64,000 bases of DNA, taken from NCBI GenBank assembly GCA_017474285.1, contig JAFVHT010000034.1, positions 9,952-73,951 of the forward strand. The letters are read 5' to 3'. The notes below the pieces were generated by a model. It worked only from the letters and a program-made list of their open reading frames with translations. It did not search any database and had not been told where the DNA came from. This DNA comes from Acetobacter sp. (GTDB taxonomy: Bacteria > Pseudomonadota > Alphaproteobacteria > Acetobacterales > Acetobacteraceae). Positions 29,301-37,974 of this stretch are shown piece by piece. The position numbers and the translations under genes were made by a program. Each line of letters opens with the position of its first letter. Within the stretch, counting starts at the first letter, position 1.

Positions 29301-29439
29301 GGATTTAGGTCCCGTAGCATGTAGTGTGTTATTAAGGAATATGAAAATTCACAACATTCCTACACTTATTGAACGAACGGAGCATTTGGCAAAAAATGTT
29401 AGAAACTGTTTTGAAACGTTAATAGGTCCTCTTCAATAA
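26392..29439 (+). CDS. glnE: bifunctional glutamine synthetase adenylyltransferase/adenylyl-removing enzyme
   Basis: About 1000 aa with duplicated nucleotidyltransferase modules: GKLGSRELNYSSDIDIVVLY...RTDLRLRPD and LGRAGSREMMPASDLDLLIV...VDMRLRPSG. The start is probably downstream of 26392. Confidence 0.9.
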   Translation: MIQAKQFLSRGIWQPHRRNAQMWPCAPWAKPADHTAATQFMEEIQSLIRKTDSSLKIIENSSVRALIACLGGNSPYLSDLVRDDIAGFITLLEKGPQHYTQVVFAECAEFDHNTGREEVSFFLRTLKKKIALACAVANLGGFWTLEDVTGTLSHLAEVALDLAIKHLLLAAFQSGQLALPHPENPTQGCGFTVLAMGKLGSRELNYSSDIDIVVLYDPSLYERSDAMRRVFIRLTNDLVTILEARDAHGYVFRTDLRLRPDPSSTPPAVTIQAALVYYESLGQTWERAAMIRARPVAGDLALGRQFLEAIRPFIWRRHLDFTIIDDLHDMKGRIDSYHHTGHHNLADLSDSMVAESVVSRKWLLGHNVKLGQGGIREIEFIAQAKQLIWGGREHVLREKTTCGALKKLALAGHLSHEEASVLIDTYHLLREIEHRLQMQNDYQTHSLPEDEAQFEAFAIFMNYPNGNTFAQDILPYMREVRRIFERHFVADPQNTKTEGNILLADLEEKHVEELLLKHGFPAEQIPESKQVLVRWQGCGLRALRSERARALLRSLIPLLLGGFSQCHNPLACLLNFDSLLARQNAGVQILTLFKLNPELINRVVHIFNASPFLSDHLASHSSALEGLLEMAYDKKRIAVTRLYNSIKEVESVEEKIAILRPLLRGEEFRLSVALLEGHISEEMAERERTSLADVVIKILWKAVLQEHTARYGHVHGGGMAILALGRAGSREMMPASDLDLLIVCDYPQTEQKSFLKKGESGRPLEVSAYYTRLAQAFIAALTAPGPEGPLYAVDMRLRPSGGSGPVVVSRQALIHYYANSAWTWERMALTRARIITATTFLRAALQQDIAQILEGKTLTVPQTSESLRNDARDMRMRLMRDLPPTSMWDIKRRNGGLMEIEFIVQIFQLCAADARVRSPVTRHALRRLAREGVLSHEHATKLRQAGYFWRQLQAQLRLLYGPKPPVDLEKDLGPVACSVLLRNMKIHNIPTLIERTEHLAKNVRNCFETLIGPLQ

Positions 29440-29477
29440 AGACTTAAAAGAATTCAAAAAAGAAGGTTATCCCTATA

Positions 29478-30014
29478 ATGGAACAGAATATGATAGAACA
29501 AAAAGAACAAAAAGATCCAGCATTTCAAGAAATGTCTCTGAAAATACCTCTTGCTGTGGGTGATTTAGCGCCTTCTTTTAATATGGAGGCAAGTGGCGGA
29601 CGTAGGGTTTCTTTAGACGCTCTAAAAGGAGTGCCTTTTGTTTTGTATTTTTATCCAAGAGCTAACACACCAGGATGTACGCAAGAGGCTCTTGATTTTT
29701 CTCATGCTTTAACTGAACTGACGCAAAGAGGTGTGTCTGTTATTGGTGTGTCGCGTGATATACTCAAAAAGCTTGATAGTTTTGCCAATAAGTATAACCT
29801 TACTTTTCCGCTTGCTTCTGATGCTGATGGGCAGGCCAGTGTTGCCTATGGCGTATGGGTGCAGAAAACTCTTTATGGTAAGACATCAATGGGGATTGAA
29901 CGGGCAACTTATCTTGTCAATGCTCAAGGGCGTATTGTGCATATTTGGCGTAAAGTCAAAGTTTCTGGACATGTAACCGCTGTACTCAATGAAATCATCA
30001 AAAGAGGGCTATAA
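29478..30014 (+). CDS. bcp: thioredoxin-dependent peroxiredoxin Bcp
   Basis: YFYPRANTPGCTQEA is the peroxidatic Cys motif. The start may be the internal MSLKIPLAVGDLAP. Confidence 0.85.
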   Translation: MEQNMIEQKEQKDPAFQEMSLKIPLAVGDLAPSFNMEASGGRRVSLDALKGVPFVLYFYPRANTPGCTQEALDFSHALTELTQRGVSVIGVSRDILKKLDSFANKYNLTFPLASDADGQASVAYGVWVQKTLYGKTSMGIERATYLVNAQGRIVHIWRKVKVSGHVTAVLNEIIKRGL

Positions 30015-30129
30015 AATAAAAAGAAGGAAAACACTTGAAAGAATGTTTTTTATGAGGTTTTATAAGTTGTAATATGAACATGAAAAGAGTAATAAAGAGA
30101 CAAATAGGTCTCTAAAAAATGTTTAAAAC

Positions 30130-30540
30130 GTGGCATGTAGGGGGAAGAATAGGCAAAATATGAGCAAAAAGAAAAATAAAAATAGAGAAAATAATCCCCA
30201 AAACAGCCTAGTGTCTGGCTCTACACAAAATAATTCTACCCCAAAAATGGTACAAAATACCTCTGAAAATGCTTTAATGACATCTTCTGAAGACCTCTCT
30301 CCCGATAAAGTGCCACTTGATTTAGCTAAAGTAGAATCTCTGTTAGAACAAGCCCGTATTCCGTTTATGCCGATAGGGCCTGAAGACGAGGTTGTGACAT
30401 GGGAAGATGTGCGTGATCATGTGATCCGTACTATTGGCAACACACTTGATTTGCCTTATCTGAATAGACCTTTTCATGGTCCACCACCCACGGATAAGGA
30501 AGATTTAAGAAAAACTTTTTATAAGTGGTTGTTGTTTTAA
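30130..30540 (+). CDS. hypothetical protein
   Basis: 136 aa (or 126 aa from the ATG at 30160). The N-terminus is basic and Asn-rich. No family recognised. Confidence 0.4.
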   Translation: MACRGKNRQNMSKKKNKNRENNPQNSLVSGSTQNNSTPKMVQNTSENALMTSSEDLSPDKVPLDLAKVESLLEQARIPFMPIGPEDEVVTWEDVRDHVIRTIGNTLDLPYLNRPFHGPPPTDKEDLRKTFYKWLLF

Positions 30541-30633
30541 AGGAAAAATTATGCCGACTATAGATCCAGCCTTACAAAATTTTTTTAGCAAAAATAATAG
30601 TGATTTATTTATATTGATATAACAATTAAATTG

Positions 30634-31464
30634 TTACAATAATAATGTTTTAATAGGATAGTTACTGATTAACAACTCATTTCCTTTTTTAGCTCTGAGT
30701 TGCTTGTAATTATTCATACCATATTGTAAACCCCATTCTAACAAATAAAAATCTTTATAAAGTTGTCTGATGTAGTCAGAATCATCATAAGTAAGTAAAA
30801 ATTTATGGTTAGTGTTTTGTAGACATTTTAGAAGCCTTTCATGATCAAAACCGCTGTGAAGATCGCCGTTTTTCCCGTAAAGTTTAGATTTAGAAGCACT
30901 ATAATAAGGAGGATCTAAAAACATAAAAACATTTTTGCCCTCTTCGTTGATTAAAGATGAAAAATCAGCACAATCAAATGTGAAATTGTTAATTACTGCG
31001 TGGGTTTGTAAAAGCCTGTCTATAGAACTTTCTGTAAAGCGTTCCTCATAAGCCCTTTGCGAGTATCCTCCGCTATCTGTAACACCCGAGAAAGTAATAC
31101 GATTCAAAATGAAAAAATCTGCACCCCTTTGTAATTCTGTTAGAGAGGCATGTCTTCTTGAAAGAATAAAATTGTAAAGATCTCTTCCAATTTGGTAACG
31201 CTCTTTCATTGTTCTTATTGTTTTGATAAGAGTAGAGGGATTCTCTTTAAGAGATGTCCAGAAACAATAGAGATCGTAATTGAGATCATTGACTTTAATT
31301 CTTATATTTTGTTTTATTTGAGAAATAAAAATTCCAACAGATCCTCCTCCAAAAAAAGGTTCTCTATATTCTTCAAAATGTGGTAAAAAATACGCTTGTA
31401 AAAAAGAGATTGCTCTTGATTTTCCGCCAGGATACCGTAACGGGGATTTAATTATTTTTCCCAC
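30634..31464 (-). CDS. Dam-class (D12, alpha-type) N6-adenine DNA methyltransferase
   Basis: The N-terminus SPLRYPGGKSRA and FFGGGSV (motif I) come before LDPPYY (motif IV). This order and these motifs match the Dam/DpnIIA/EcoRV-type MTases. The gene is markedly AT-rich. Confidence 0.85.
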   Translation of the reverse strand: MGKIIKSPLRYPGGKSRAISFLQAYFLPHFEEYREPFFGGGSVGIFISQIKQNIRIKVNDLNYDLYCFWTSLKENPSTLIKTIRTMKERYQIGRDLYNFILSRRHASLTELQRGADFFILNRITFSGVTDSGGYSQRAYEERFTESSIDRLLQTHAVINNFTFDCADFSSLINEEGKNVFMFLDPPYYSASKSKLYGKNGDLHSGFDHERLLKCLQNTNHKFLLTYDDSDYIRQLYKDFYLLEWGLQYGMNNYKQLRAKKGNELLISNYPIKTLLL

Positions 31465-31473
31465 AGACGTGTG

Positions 31474-32619
31474 TTACTCTACCCAAACTTCAAAATGATT
31501 GATCTGACACTCTTTGTTAAGAGTATGTAGAGTAGCAGACTGATTCTTTGTGAAGGAATAACGATAGATATAATGTTCTAATGATTCAGGAGGTTGTGGT
31601 AAGCATATTGTCTCTCTTAGCATAGAAGACGTTAAACGTAATACAACTTCAAAAGTCTTTTCCTGTTCAGATTCTTTTAAGGTTGAAACGTTATTGTAAA
31701 GCATAAGTTTTAACAATCCATCTTTAATATCATCATTTGATGGCAATAGACTGTTTTTGCTGTGCTTACTTTCAATTAAGTACAAAGTATTACTCTTTTC
31801 TAAAACGTCATCTACTGTAAAGAAATAATAACCGCCTAAGTAATTCTCTAGGGTAATTTTCTTTTTCTTCCCGATACCTATGAGAGATTCCTTAGGTTGT
31901 AATGTAAGGAATTCTCTATTTTGTGCAGTTTGTGCTTTGTCTCTCGAGTATTTCATAAATAATTCTCTATCATGTGTAAGTTTATTGGAAAAATTATCAA
32001 ACCTTTCAAAAGAATGCATTTCTACGCGTAGCTTCTCTGATATATTTTGATAAGATTTTTTAGAAAGTACCGCGATAAGTGACAATTTTTCAGGGCTTAA
32101 TTGATCTAAATTCCAATGAAGTGCTGATTGATGATAATTAGTAAGAAGTTCTAATTGTTTTAATATAAAATTATGATTAAAACATTGATGGGTAATCTTA
32201 TTTTTACGGCGTAAATTATTTTCTGCACTGCTATAGTAACCAATAATAACATACACGTTTAAGAGACTCATAAGAGACACTGTATCCCATTGTAAATAGT
32301 CTATATCTCCATCGGCACCTTCGTCTTTTATAAGGGGGATAATTGTTACTACTTTACAAGCACATGGTTGATCGTAAGTATCGTAAACTCTCGCGTAAGG
32401 GTAAGATCTAGTTCTTTTTGGGCTTACCCACTTGCTTATAGCCATCGTTTTATTACGGACGGTAACTAAAGATTTGCTTGGCAGATCATTTATATTGATC
32501 TCTTCTATTTCAAAAAAATCTAATTCTGTTTTCCATTCTTTTTGATATGAGAAATTTTTAATTTTTTCCGAATAACATTGTCTATACTGGCATTTTGTAA
32601 AAGTTTGAAGAACCAACAT
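31474..32619 (-). CDS. putative type II restriction endonuclease (family not recognised)
   Basis: 381 aa, lying 9 nt upstream of and co-directional with the MTase, and equally AT-rich. A candidate PD-(D/E)xK motif, FTVDD-x11-LIESKH, is at nt 31765-31812. Confidence 0.5.
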   Translation of the reverse strand: MLVLQTFTKCQYRQCYSEKIKNFSYQKEWKTELDFFEIEEININDLPSKSLVTVRNKTMAISKWVSPKRTRSYPYARVYDTYDQPCACKVVTIIPLIKDEGADGDIDYLQWDTVSLMSLLNVYVIIGYYSSAENNLRRKNKITHQCFNHNFILKQLELLTNYHQSALHWNLDQLSPEKLSLIAVLSKKSYQNISEKLRVEMHSFERFDNFSNKLTHDRELFMKYSRDKAQTAQNREFLTLQPKESLIGIGKKKKITLENYLGGYYFFTVDDVLEKSNTLYLIESKHSKNSLLPSNDDIKDGLLKLMLYNNVSTLKESEQEKTFEVVLRLTSSMLRETICLPQPPESLEHYIYRYSFTKNQSATLHTLNKECQINHFEVWVE

Positions 32620-32645
32620 ATTCTATCAGTATATTAATTACATCG

Positions 32646-33374
32646 CTATGTCTTATAAACAGGCAATGTGATTGGGATGTTGAGGATTTCAGAAGTATAG
32701 GTTTCAAGAAGAGCACTAAAGGGAACACCGTTATTGGTGTGTAAAATAGCAATATATTCAAAAAGATTATGGGGCACGGGCAAAGGGGGAGCTTCTCTTT
32801 CATAAAGTTTATTTTTAAAGGTTTTGTTTTCAGAGGTTTTTTCAGGTTTTTTTTCAGGGGGGGTGTTTTGTTCCTGAAAGAGAACTCTTTGCCACTCTTG
32901 GGGAAGGGGAGACCATAAAACGCGATGTTCTAAAATTCGACGAAAAAAACCTAAAGGACGCACAACACGCCCAAAGGGAATATCCGTTGTTTCAAGTTGA
33001 GTAATCATAGAGGGGGTAAGAATATCAGGCCTATACCAATTATCGGCAATGCAAAAAACGCGTCCCTCTGCTAAAAGATGAATTTTTCTATAAGCAAGCG
33101 ATGAAGCAGATAAAGAAGGATCAATTTTAAGAGCTTTGCACAAAAGAGGAGGAGGGCAAGGTGGTGGTTCTGTTCCAGTGGCTTTATGTTCTATATGAAG
33201 CGGAAGGCAATGTGCCATTTGGTTTTCTCTCAACCATTTTTCTATTGTTGCGGTTGAACTATGATGTGTAAGAATCCTATTAGCAAATTCGTTAATAAGG
33301 GTTGCAAGTACAAGACGATGGAGGGGAGTATCTTTCCACAAATGTAGAGAATGAGACTGTTTTTGAGAGAGCAT
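32646..33374 (-). CDS. hypothetical protein, possibly chorismate-lyase/UTRA-fold (UbiC-like)
   Basis: 242 aa. YRKIHLLAEGRVFCIADNWY...TTDIPFGRVVRPLG resembles the chorismate pyruvate-lyase-like family. The GC content is host-like. Confidence 0.35.
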   Translation of the reverse strand: MLSQKQSHSLHLWKDTPLHRLVLATLINEFANRILTHHSSTATIEKWLRENQMAHCLPLHIEHKATGTEPPPCPPPLLCKALKIDPSLSASSLAYRKIHLLAEGRVFCIADNWYRPDILTPSMITQLETTDIPFGRVVRPLGFFRRILEHRVLWSPLPQEWQRVLFQEQNTPPEKKPEKTSENKTFKNKLYEREAPPLPVPHNLFEYIAILHTNNGVPFSALLETYTSEILNIPITLPVYKT

Positions 33375-33499
33375 TTTTCTAGTGTAAACGATAGAAATGT
33401 TTTTTAACAGTAAGTTTTTTTGTATTTTTGTGTTTGTCAGAGTATTAAAAGATTAAAAGTAACCTTTACTAAAACCTTATAGTGAGGAGTGCAAGGGCT

Positions 33500-33712
33500 A
33501 TGTCTCAAAAAATAGAAATCCATGTTCACGGTATGACATGTGACGGGTGTGCTTCGGCAGTTAAGCGGGCGTTAATGAAGCTTGAAGGGGTCAAAGAAGT
33601 TGATGTTCACCTCGAACAAAAAAAAGTTCATGTTGCCTATGACCCTGCTCATCTCGATGCAGCAAAAATTCATCATACGATTCGCGAAGCGGGTTATGAG
33701 ATTGTTGGCTAA
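33500..33712 (+). CDS. copZ: heavy-metal-associated (HMA) copper chaperone CopZ-like
   Basis: GMTCDGCASAVKRAL is the MxCxxC motif. The ATG at 33500 is preceded by gaggag at 33484-33489. Confidence 0.85.
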   Translation: MSQKIEIHVHGMTCDGCASAVKRALMKLEGVKEVDVHLEQKKVHVAYDPAHLDAAKIHHTIREAGYEIVG

Positions 33713-33758
33713 AAAATGTTAGGCTTGTATAGCCCAAGAGGGCAAAGAGGCGTGTTTT

Positions 33759-34079
33759 GTGATGCGTAAACACATTTTAACTCTTATGGCTTATAGCTCT
33801 CTTCTCTTTGTCTCTTTTGGAGTAGGGGGCTGTAGTTCAGAAATTGGGCGTACAGTTTTTGATACAGACGTCAGCTGTTTGCGTAAGCAAATGGCTGGTC
33901 CTATGTTTCTGAGTTTTCCAATAGCTGCTAATACATGCCAACGCATTACAGGAGATGGTTTTTTGTTAGCACGGTTTGTTTCTAAGAAAAAACCAGGTGT
34001 CCCTATTCCGCTTGATTTACGTGGTGCCCCCGATTTACAAAAATTAGCGGAAAAATATAACTACAGTTATATCCGCTAG
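33759..34079 (+). CDS. hypothetical lipoprotein
   Basis: 106 aa with a signal peptide and a lipobox-like FGVGGC. Confidence 0.45.
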   Translation: MMRKHILTLMAYSSLLFVSFGVGGCSSEIGRTVFDTDVSCLRKQMAGPMFLSFPIAANTCQRITGDGFLLARFVSKKKPGVPIPLDLRGAPDLQKLAEKYNYSYIR

Positions 34080-34088
34080 AGTTCTTTC

Positions 34089-34904
34089 GTGATGAAAGAA
34101 CAAAGGCGTCAAAAATTACCTCATCATTTTAGAAATAAAATTTTTGTAGGGGATATACTTCATCATATAAAAACCATTCCTGATGGTTCAGTTGATCTAG
34201 TAATCACTTCACCGCCCTATAATCTTAAAAACTCTACAGGAAACGGTATGAAATGTGGGCGAGGTGGAAAGTGGTCTAATGCTTCTTTAATCAAGGGGTA
34301 TACCGATCATAACGATTGTATGCCGCATGAGGATTATGTCGCATGGCAAAGACAATGTCTTGATCAAATGATGCGGGTAATCCACGATGAAGGGGCTTTG
34401 TTTTATAATCATAAATGGCGGGTACAGGGTGGGCTACTGCAAGATCGGCACGATATTGTGGCGGGTTTTCCTGTGCGCCAAATCATTATTTGGCGACGGG
34501 CGGGCGGTATCAATTTTAACCCGGGTTACTTTCTTCCGACTTATGAAGTAATTTACCTTATAGCAAAAAAAGGTTTTAAGTTATTACCGAAAGCCAATGC
34601 TGTTGGTGATGTATGGGAATTTCCTCAAGAAATGAACAATCCACATCCGGCTCCCTTTCCTATAGCGCTTATAGAAAGAATTGTTCAATCAACATCGGCA
34701 GAGATTATTTTAGACCCTTTTATTGGTTCTGGAACAACGGCTGTTGCTGCTACGAAAAATGGAAGAACTTATATCGGTATTGAACTTTCAAAAGACTATG
34801 CCACCTATGCCGAAGAAAGAATAAAAAGATGTTTCAATGAGACAGGCAGCAAAAACATAGAAGCCATAAAAGATGAGTTGCCACTTTTTAAGGGTTCTAG
34901 TTAA
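34089..34904 (+). CDS. beta-class DNA methyltransferase, SPPY type (probable N4-cytosine MTase)
   Basis: DLVITSPPYNLKN (motif IV) lies N-terminal to DPFIGSGTTAVAA (motif I). This is the beta-class order, and SPPY rather than DPPY favours m4C. Confidence 0.85.
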   Translation: MMKEQRRQKLPHHFRNKIFVGDILHHIKTIPDGSVDLVITSPPYNLKNSTGNGMKCGRGGKWSNASLIKGYTDHNDCMPHEDYVAWQRQCLDQMMRVIHDEGALFYNHKWRVQGGLLQDRHDIVAGFPVRQIIIWRRAGGINFNPGYFLPTYEVIYLIAKKGFKLLPKANAVGDVWEFPQEMNNPHPAPFPIALIERIVQSTSAEIILDPFIGSGTTAVAATKNGRTYIGIELSKDYATYAEERIKRCFNETGSKNIEAIKDELPLFKGSS

Positions 34905-34932
34905 AGGTTGCTAGGGAAAAAAGACTCTGACC

Positions 34933-35727
34933 ATGTTTGATCAAACAATTATTTATACGAAAGAAACTCTGATTGATAAGTTAAAGGAAATTCGGAAAAG
35001 GGGATGGGTTGAAGGAACACGTACAGGGAATGTAGGGAATGTTGGGAATACCTTAGAAGATTTACTTGGGATTAAAGAAAATAATCTACCACTTCCTAAC
35101 GCTGCAGAATGGGAACTTAAGTGCCAACGTCTGCAAACAACATCGTTAGTCACTTTATTTCACATGGAACCAAGTCCAACAGCATTGAAATTCGTTCCTG
35201 CCATTTTATTGCCAAATTATGGTTGGTTCCATAAAGAGGCAGGTAAGAAATATCCGTTAGATGAAATGAGTTTTAGGCAAACGATTTCAACACAAGGGAG
35301 AAGTGACAGAGGTTTTCAAATTGTTGTTGATAGAACGCAACAAAAGGTTATGGTTTCTTTTGATTATTCTGCCGTTTCTCAGAAACATGAGGCATGGTTA
35401 ATAGGCGTTGAAAAGAAAATAGGGCTTGGAGAAATCAACCCTCAACCCTATTGGGGTTTTGAGGACTTATATCATAAAGCGGGAACAAAGTTACATAATT
35501 GTTTTTTTATTGGGGTACATCATAAAAATGTAAATGGTATTGAGTATTTCCAATATTCAAAAATTTTGATGCTAAAGAGTTTCAGTAAAGCACGCTTTAT
35601 AAGTGCGATAGAAAAAGGTGAGATTTTGGTCGATTTTGATGCTCGTACAGGGCACAATCACGGAACAAAATTTCGTTTTAGAAATAATAAATTACACGAA
35701 CTCTATGATGAGGTAACTGAATTGTAG
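34933..35727 (+). CDS. MvaI/BcnI-family type II restriction endonuclease
   Basis: 264 aa. KLKEIRKRGWV, GNTLEDLLGIKENNLPLPNAAEWELKCQR, SLVTLFH and a C-terminal DFDARTGHNHGTKFRFRNNKLHELY parallel the BcnI/MvaI layout as I recall it. It lies directly downstream of the MTase. Confidence 0.75.
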   Translation: MFDQTIIYTKETLIDKLKEIRKRGWVEGTRTGNVGNVGNTLEDLLGIKENNLPLPNAAEWELKCQRLQTTSLVTLFHMEPSPTALKFVPAILLPNYGWFHKEAGKKYPLDEMSFRQTISTQGRSDRGFQIVVDRTQQKVMVSFDYSAVSQKHEAWLIGVEKKIGLGEINPQPYWGFEDLYHKAGTKLHNCFFIGVHHKNVNGIEYFQYSKILMLKSFSKARFISAIEKGEILVDFDARTGHNHGTKFRFRNNKLHELYDEVTEL

Positions 35728-35730
35728 ATT

Positions 35731-36858
35731 TTACCTCAAAGAGGGTTTCATCAAACTAGGCAAGGGGAAGCCATTGATGGTGAGCACACCATTTTCCCAT
35801 ACGGTGTTCCACGTGTTTGCGGTGTTAGTATGATGGCTGACAAGGCGTGCAAGAACAAGAGCTGCCATAATGTTCATTTGTCCTTCGGAGCGGGCAAGGG
35901 CAATCAATTTTTCTAAATGGCTTATTTCAAGATGACCTGAGGCAGTACTACTACTCATGTCACCCGTAAAAGTTGCGTGTCCTTGTCCGTCAAGGAGAAT
36001 ATCTTCTCGAGAGGCGTTAAGATCCGTTATATCAACATGAATAACGGGGGTTGTTTCTGTTGTGTTACCAATAGCATTTAAAAGTGCTGGTAATTCAGAA
36101 GCGGGGATAGAAAAACGTGTATGTACTTGGGAGGGAAAAATATCTTCATAAGCGATATGATGATAGTCTAATCCGTTGAGGGCTAAATTGGCTTCAGAGC
36201 GTCCATTGTGTGTACTACCGCGTAATGTAAGCTGTGCCGATTTTATACCAAGTTGCGTTTTTCCAAGACTGATAGCAGCAGTATTCCACGAAAGAGCAAT
36301 ACTTTTGCCTTCGGTAAGGAGACGCCATGCTTGTTGTCCCTGTTGTTCAAGCCAATGGGAACAAGCTGCCTTGTGTTTTTCTGTGAGGGATAACACAAGT
36401 AAAACCGAAGCCGCTTCTGCCATGTTATGAAAAACCTCTTGTGGATTGGAGAGAGAGGTTTTAGGTTGTGTTGTGAGTTGCATATGGGCAGCATGGAGCA
36501 CGTAAGGTGTTTTGTTTTGGGCGTTTTTGGAATTGATGGTGAGGGTAAAATTGCTATAAGAAACGCCTTTTTCGGTTTCGTTTGCCTTTGTATAACGAAT
36601 ATGGGCACATGTTGTTGGAATAATTTCCTTTTTTTCCGTGTTTTTGGAATCTGCGCTTGATTCTGTCTTTATTGTTGCTTCTAAAGTATCAGGCGTTGTT
36701 CTCTGCGGTACGCTGACTTCTGGTAATGGATCAGCATAGGCTATTGTTTTTGTTATATAAAGCGTAAGAAAAAACAAAACAGAAAGGGATTTCAAAACCT
36801 GTGTAAAACGCATGGGCGCTAAACGAAATAAACGAAAAAATATAAAATTTTTAAACAT
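35731..36858 (-). CDS. secreted/anchored hypothetical protein (possibly DUF2125-like)
   Basis: 375 aa with a hydrophobic N-terminal signal/anchor. The family assignment is tentative. Confidence 0.45.
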   Translation of the reverse strand: MFKNFIFFRLFRLAPMRFTQVLKSLSVLFFLTLYITKTIAYADPLPEVSVPQRTTPDTLEATIKTESSADSKNTEKKEIIPTTCAHIRYTKANETEKGVSYSNFTLTINSKNAQNKTPYVLHAAHMQLTTQPKTSLSNPQEVFHNMAEAASVLLVLSLTEKHKAACSHWLEQQGQQAWRLLTEGKSIALSWNTAAISLGKTQLGIKSAQLTLRGSTHNGRSEANLALNGLDYHHIAYEDIFPSQVHTRFSIPASELPALLNAIGNTTETTPVIHVDITDLNASREDILLDGQGHATFTGDMSSSTASGHLEISHLEKLIALARSEGQMNIMAALVLARLVSHHTNTANTWNTVWENGVLTINGFPLPSLMKPSLR

Positions 36859-36913
36859 TGTCTTTTAAGAGGCTGTTATAGAGTGAAACATTTTATTATA
36901 ATCCGTCTTTTTT

Positions 36914-37954
36914 ATGATAGGTAAAAATATTATGCGGTTTTTGAAATTTGATCCTTTTTTAATGGGGCTGCTTACGGCTGTTTTGTTGGCAACGTTGTTT
37001 CCGTGCCACGGAAAAGCGGTACCCGTTTTTCAGTATCTTGCTATAACCCTCATAGGGTTAATGTTTTTTTTACAAGGGGCGCGCTTATCACGCCAAGCTG
37101 TTTTTCAGGGTATTGTTGCTTGGCGGCTTCATAGTGTTATTTTACTGTGTACTTTTGTGTTATTTCCCGCTCTTGGTTTGCTTGCCCATGCTCTTTTACC
37201 CAATATGTTTATCCCAGAAGTGTGGTGTGGCGTATTGTTTTTATGTTGTTTGCCGTCAACTGTGCAATCCTCTATTGCGTTTACCTCTATTGCAGGAGGG
37301 AATATTCCTGCTGCGGTCTGTGCAGCAACAGCGTCTAATATATTAGGGATTTTTATAACGCCCGCCTTAGTAAGCGTTATTTTACAGCATGATGGAACAG
37401 CTATGGGGAACCCGATGGACATTGTCTATCAGTTGCTTGTACCGTTTATTTTTGGGCAAATTTGTCAACCTTTTTTGGGAGCATGGGCGCACCGCAATAA
37501 AACGTTGCTCTCTTTTACAGATCGTGGGTCTGTTTTGGTGGTGGTTTATGTGGCGTTTAGTAGTGCTGTTGTTGAGGGGCTGTGGCATAAATTACCCCTT
37601 GATCAACTTGGTATGATTGTTCTCGCAGATACAATTTTATTATTTACGGTTATTACGATTACAACGATCATAAGTCGTGTTTTACATGTGCCTTATGAAG
37701 ATGAAATTCCCATTGTTTTTTGTGGTTCTAAAAAAACATTGGCTTCAGGTATTCCTATGGCAGAAATTTTATTTCCACCATCAACAGTAGGGATTACGGT
37801 GATTCCGTTGATGATTTATCATCAAATACAATTATTTACGTGTGCTGTGCTGGCACAACATTTTAAAAAGAAAATGGATCAGATTTCTGCAATAAGAGCA
37901 CAGACTTATAAAGAACAAATTCAAGAGATGCCTCAAATCCCTAAAAGGGTTTAA
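36914..37954 (+). CDS. bile acid:sodium symporter (BASS/YfeH-like) family transporter
   Basis: Polytopic. LCCLPSTVQSSIAFTSIAGGNIPAAVCAATASNILGIFITP is typical of the SBF-like family. The start could be the Met at 36932. Confidence 0.8.
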   Translation: MIGKNIMRFLKFDPFLMGLLTAVLLATLFPCHGKAVPVFQYLAITLIGLMFFLQGARLSRQAVFQGIVAWRLHSVILLCTFVLFPALGLLAHALLPNMFIPEVWCGVLFLCCLPSTVQSSIAFTSIAGGNIPAAVCAATASNILGIFITPALVSVILQHDGTAMGNPMDIVYQLLVPFIFGQICQPFLGAWAHRNKTLLSFTDRGSVLVVVYVAFSSAVVEGLWHKLPLDQLGMIVLADTILLFTVITITTIISRVLHVPYEDEIPIVFCGSKKTLASGIPMAEILFPPSTVGITVIPLMIYHQIQLFTCAVLAQHFKKKMDQISAIRAQTYKEQIQEMPQIPKRV

Positions 37955-37974
37955 GTTCATTGAGGCTAAAGAAC

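Noticed and set aside
32846-32866. Adjacent T8 and G7 homopolymers inside the 3' part of the UbiC-like gene (these encode PPEKKPEK on the minus strand).
   Set aside because: The gene is in frame, in a low-complexity C-terminal tail. There is no sign of frame disruption, so I noted it only as a potential sequencing-error site.
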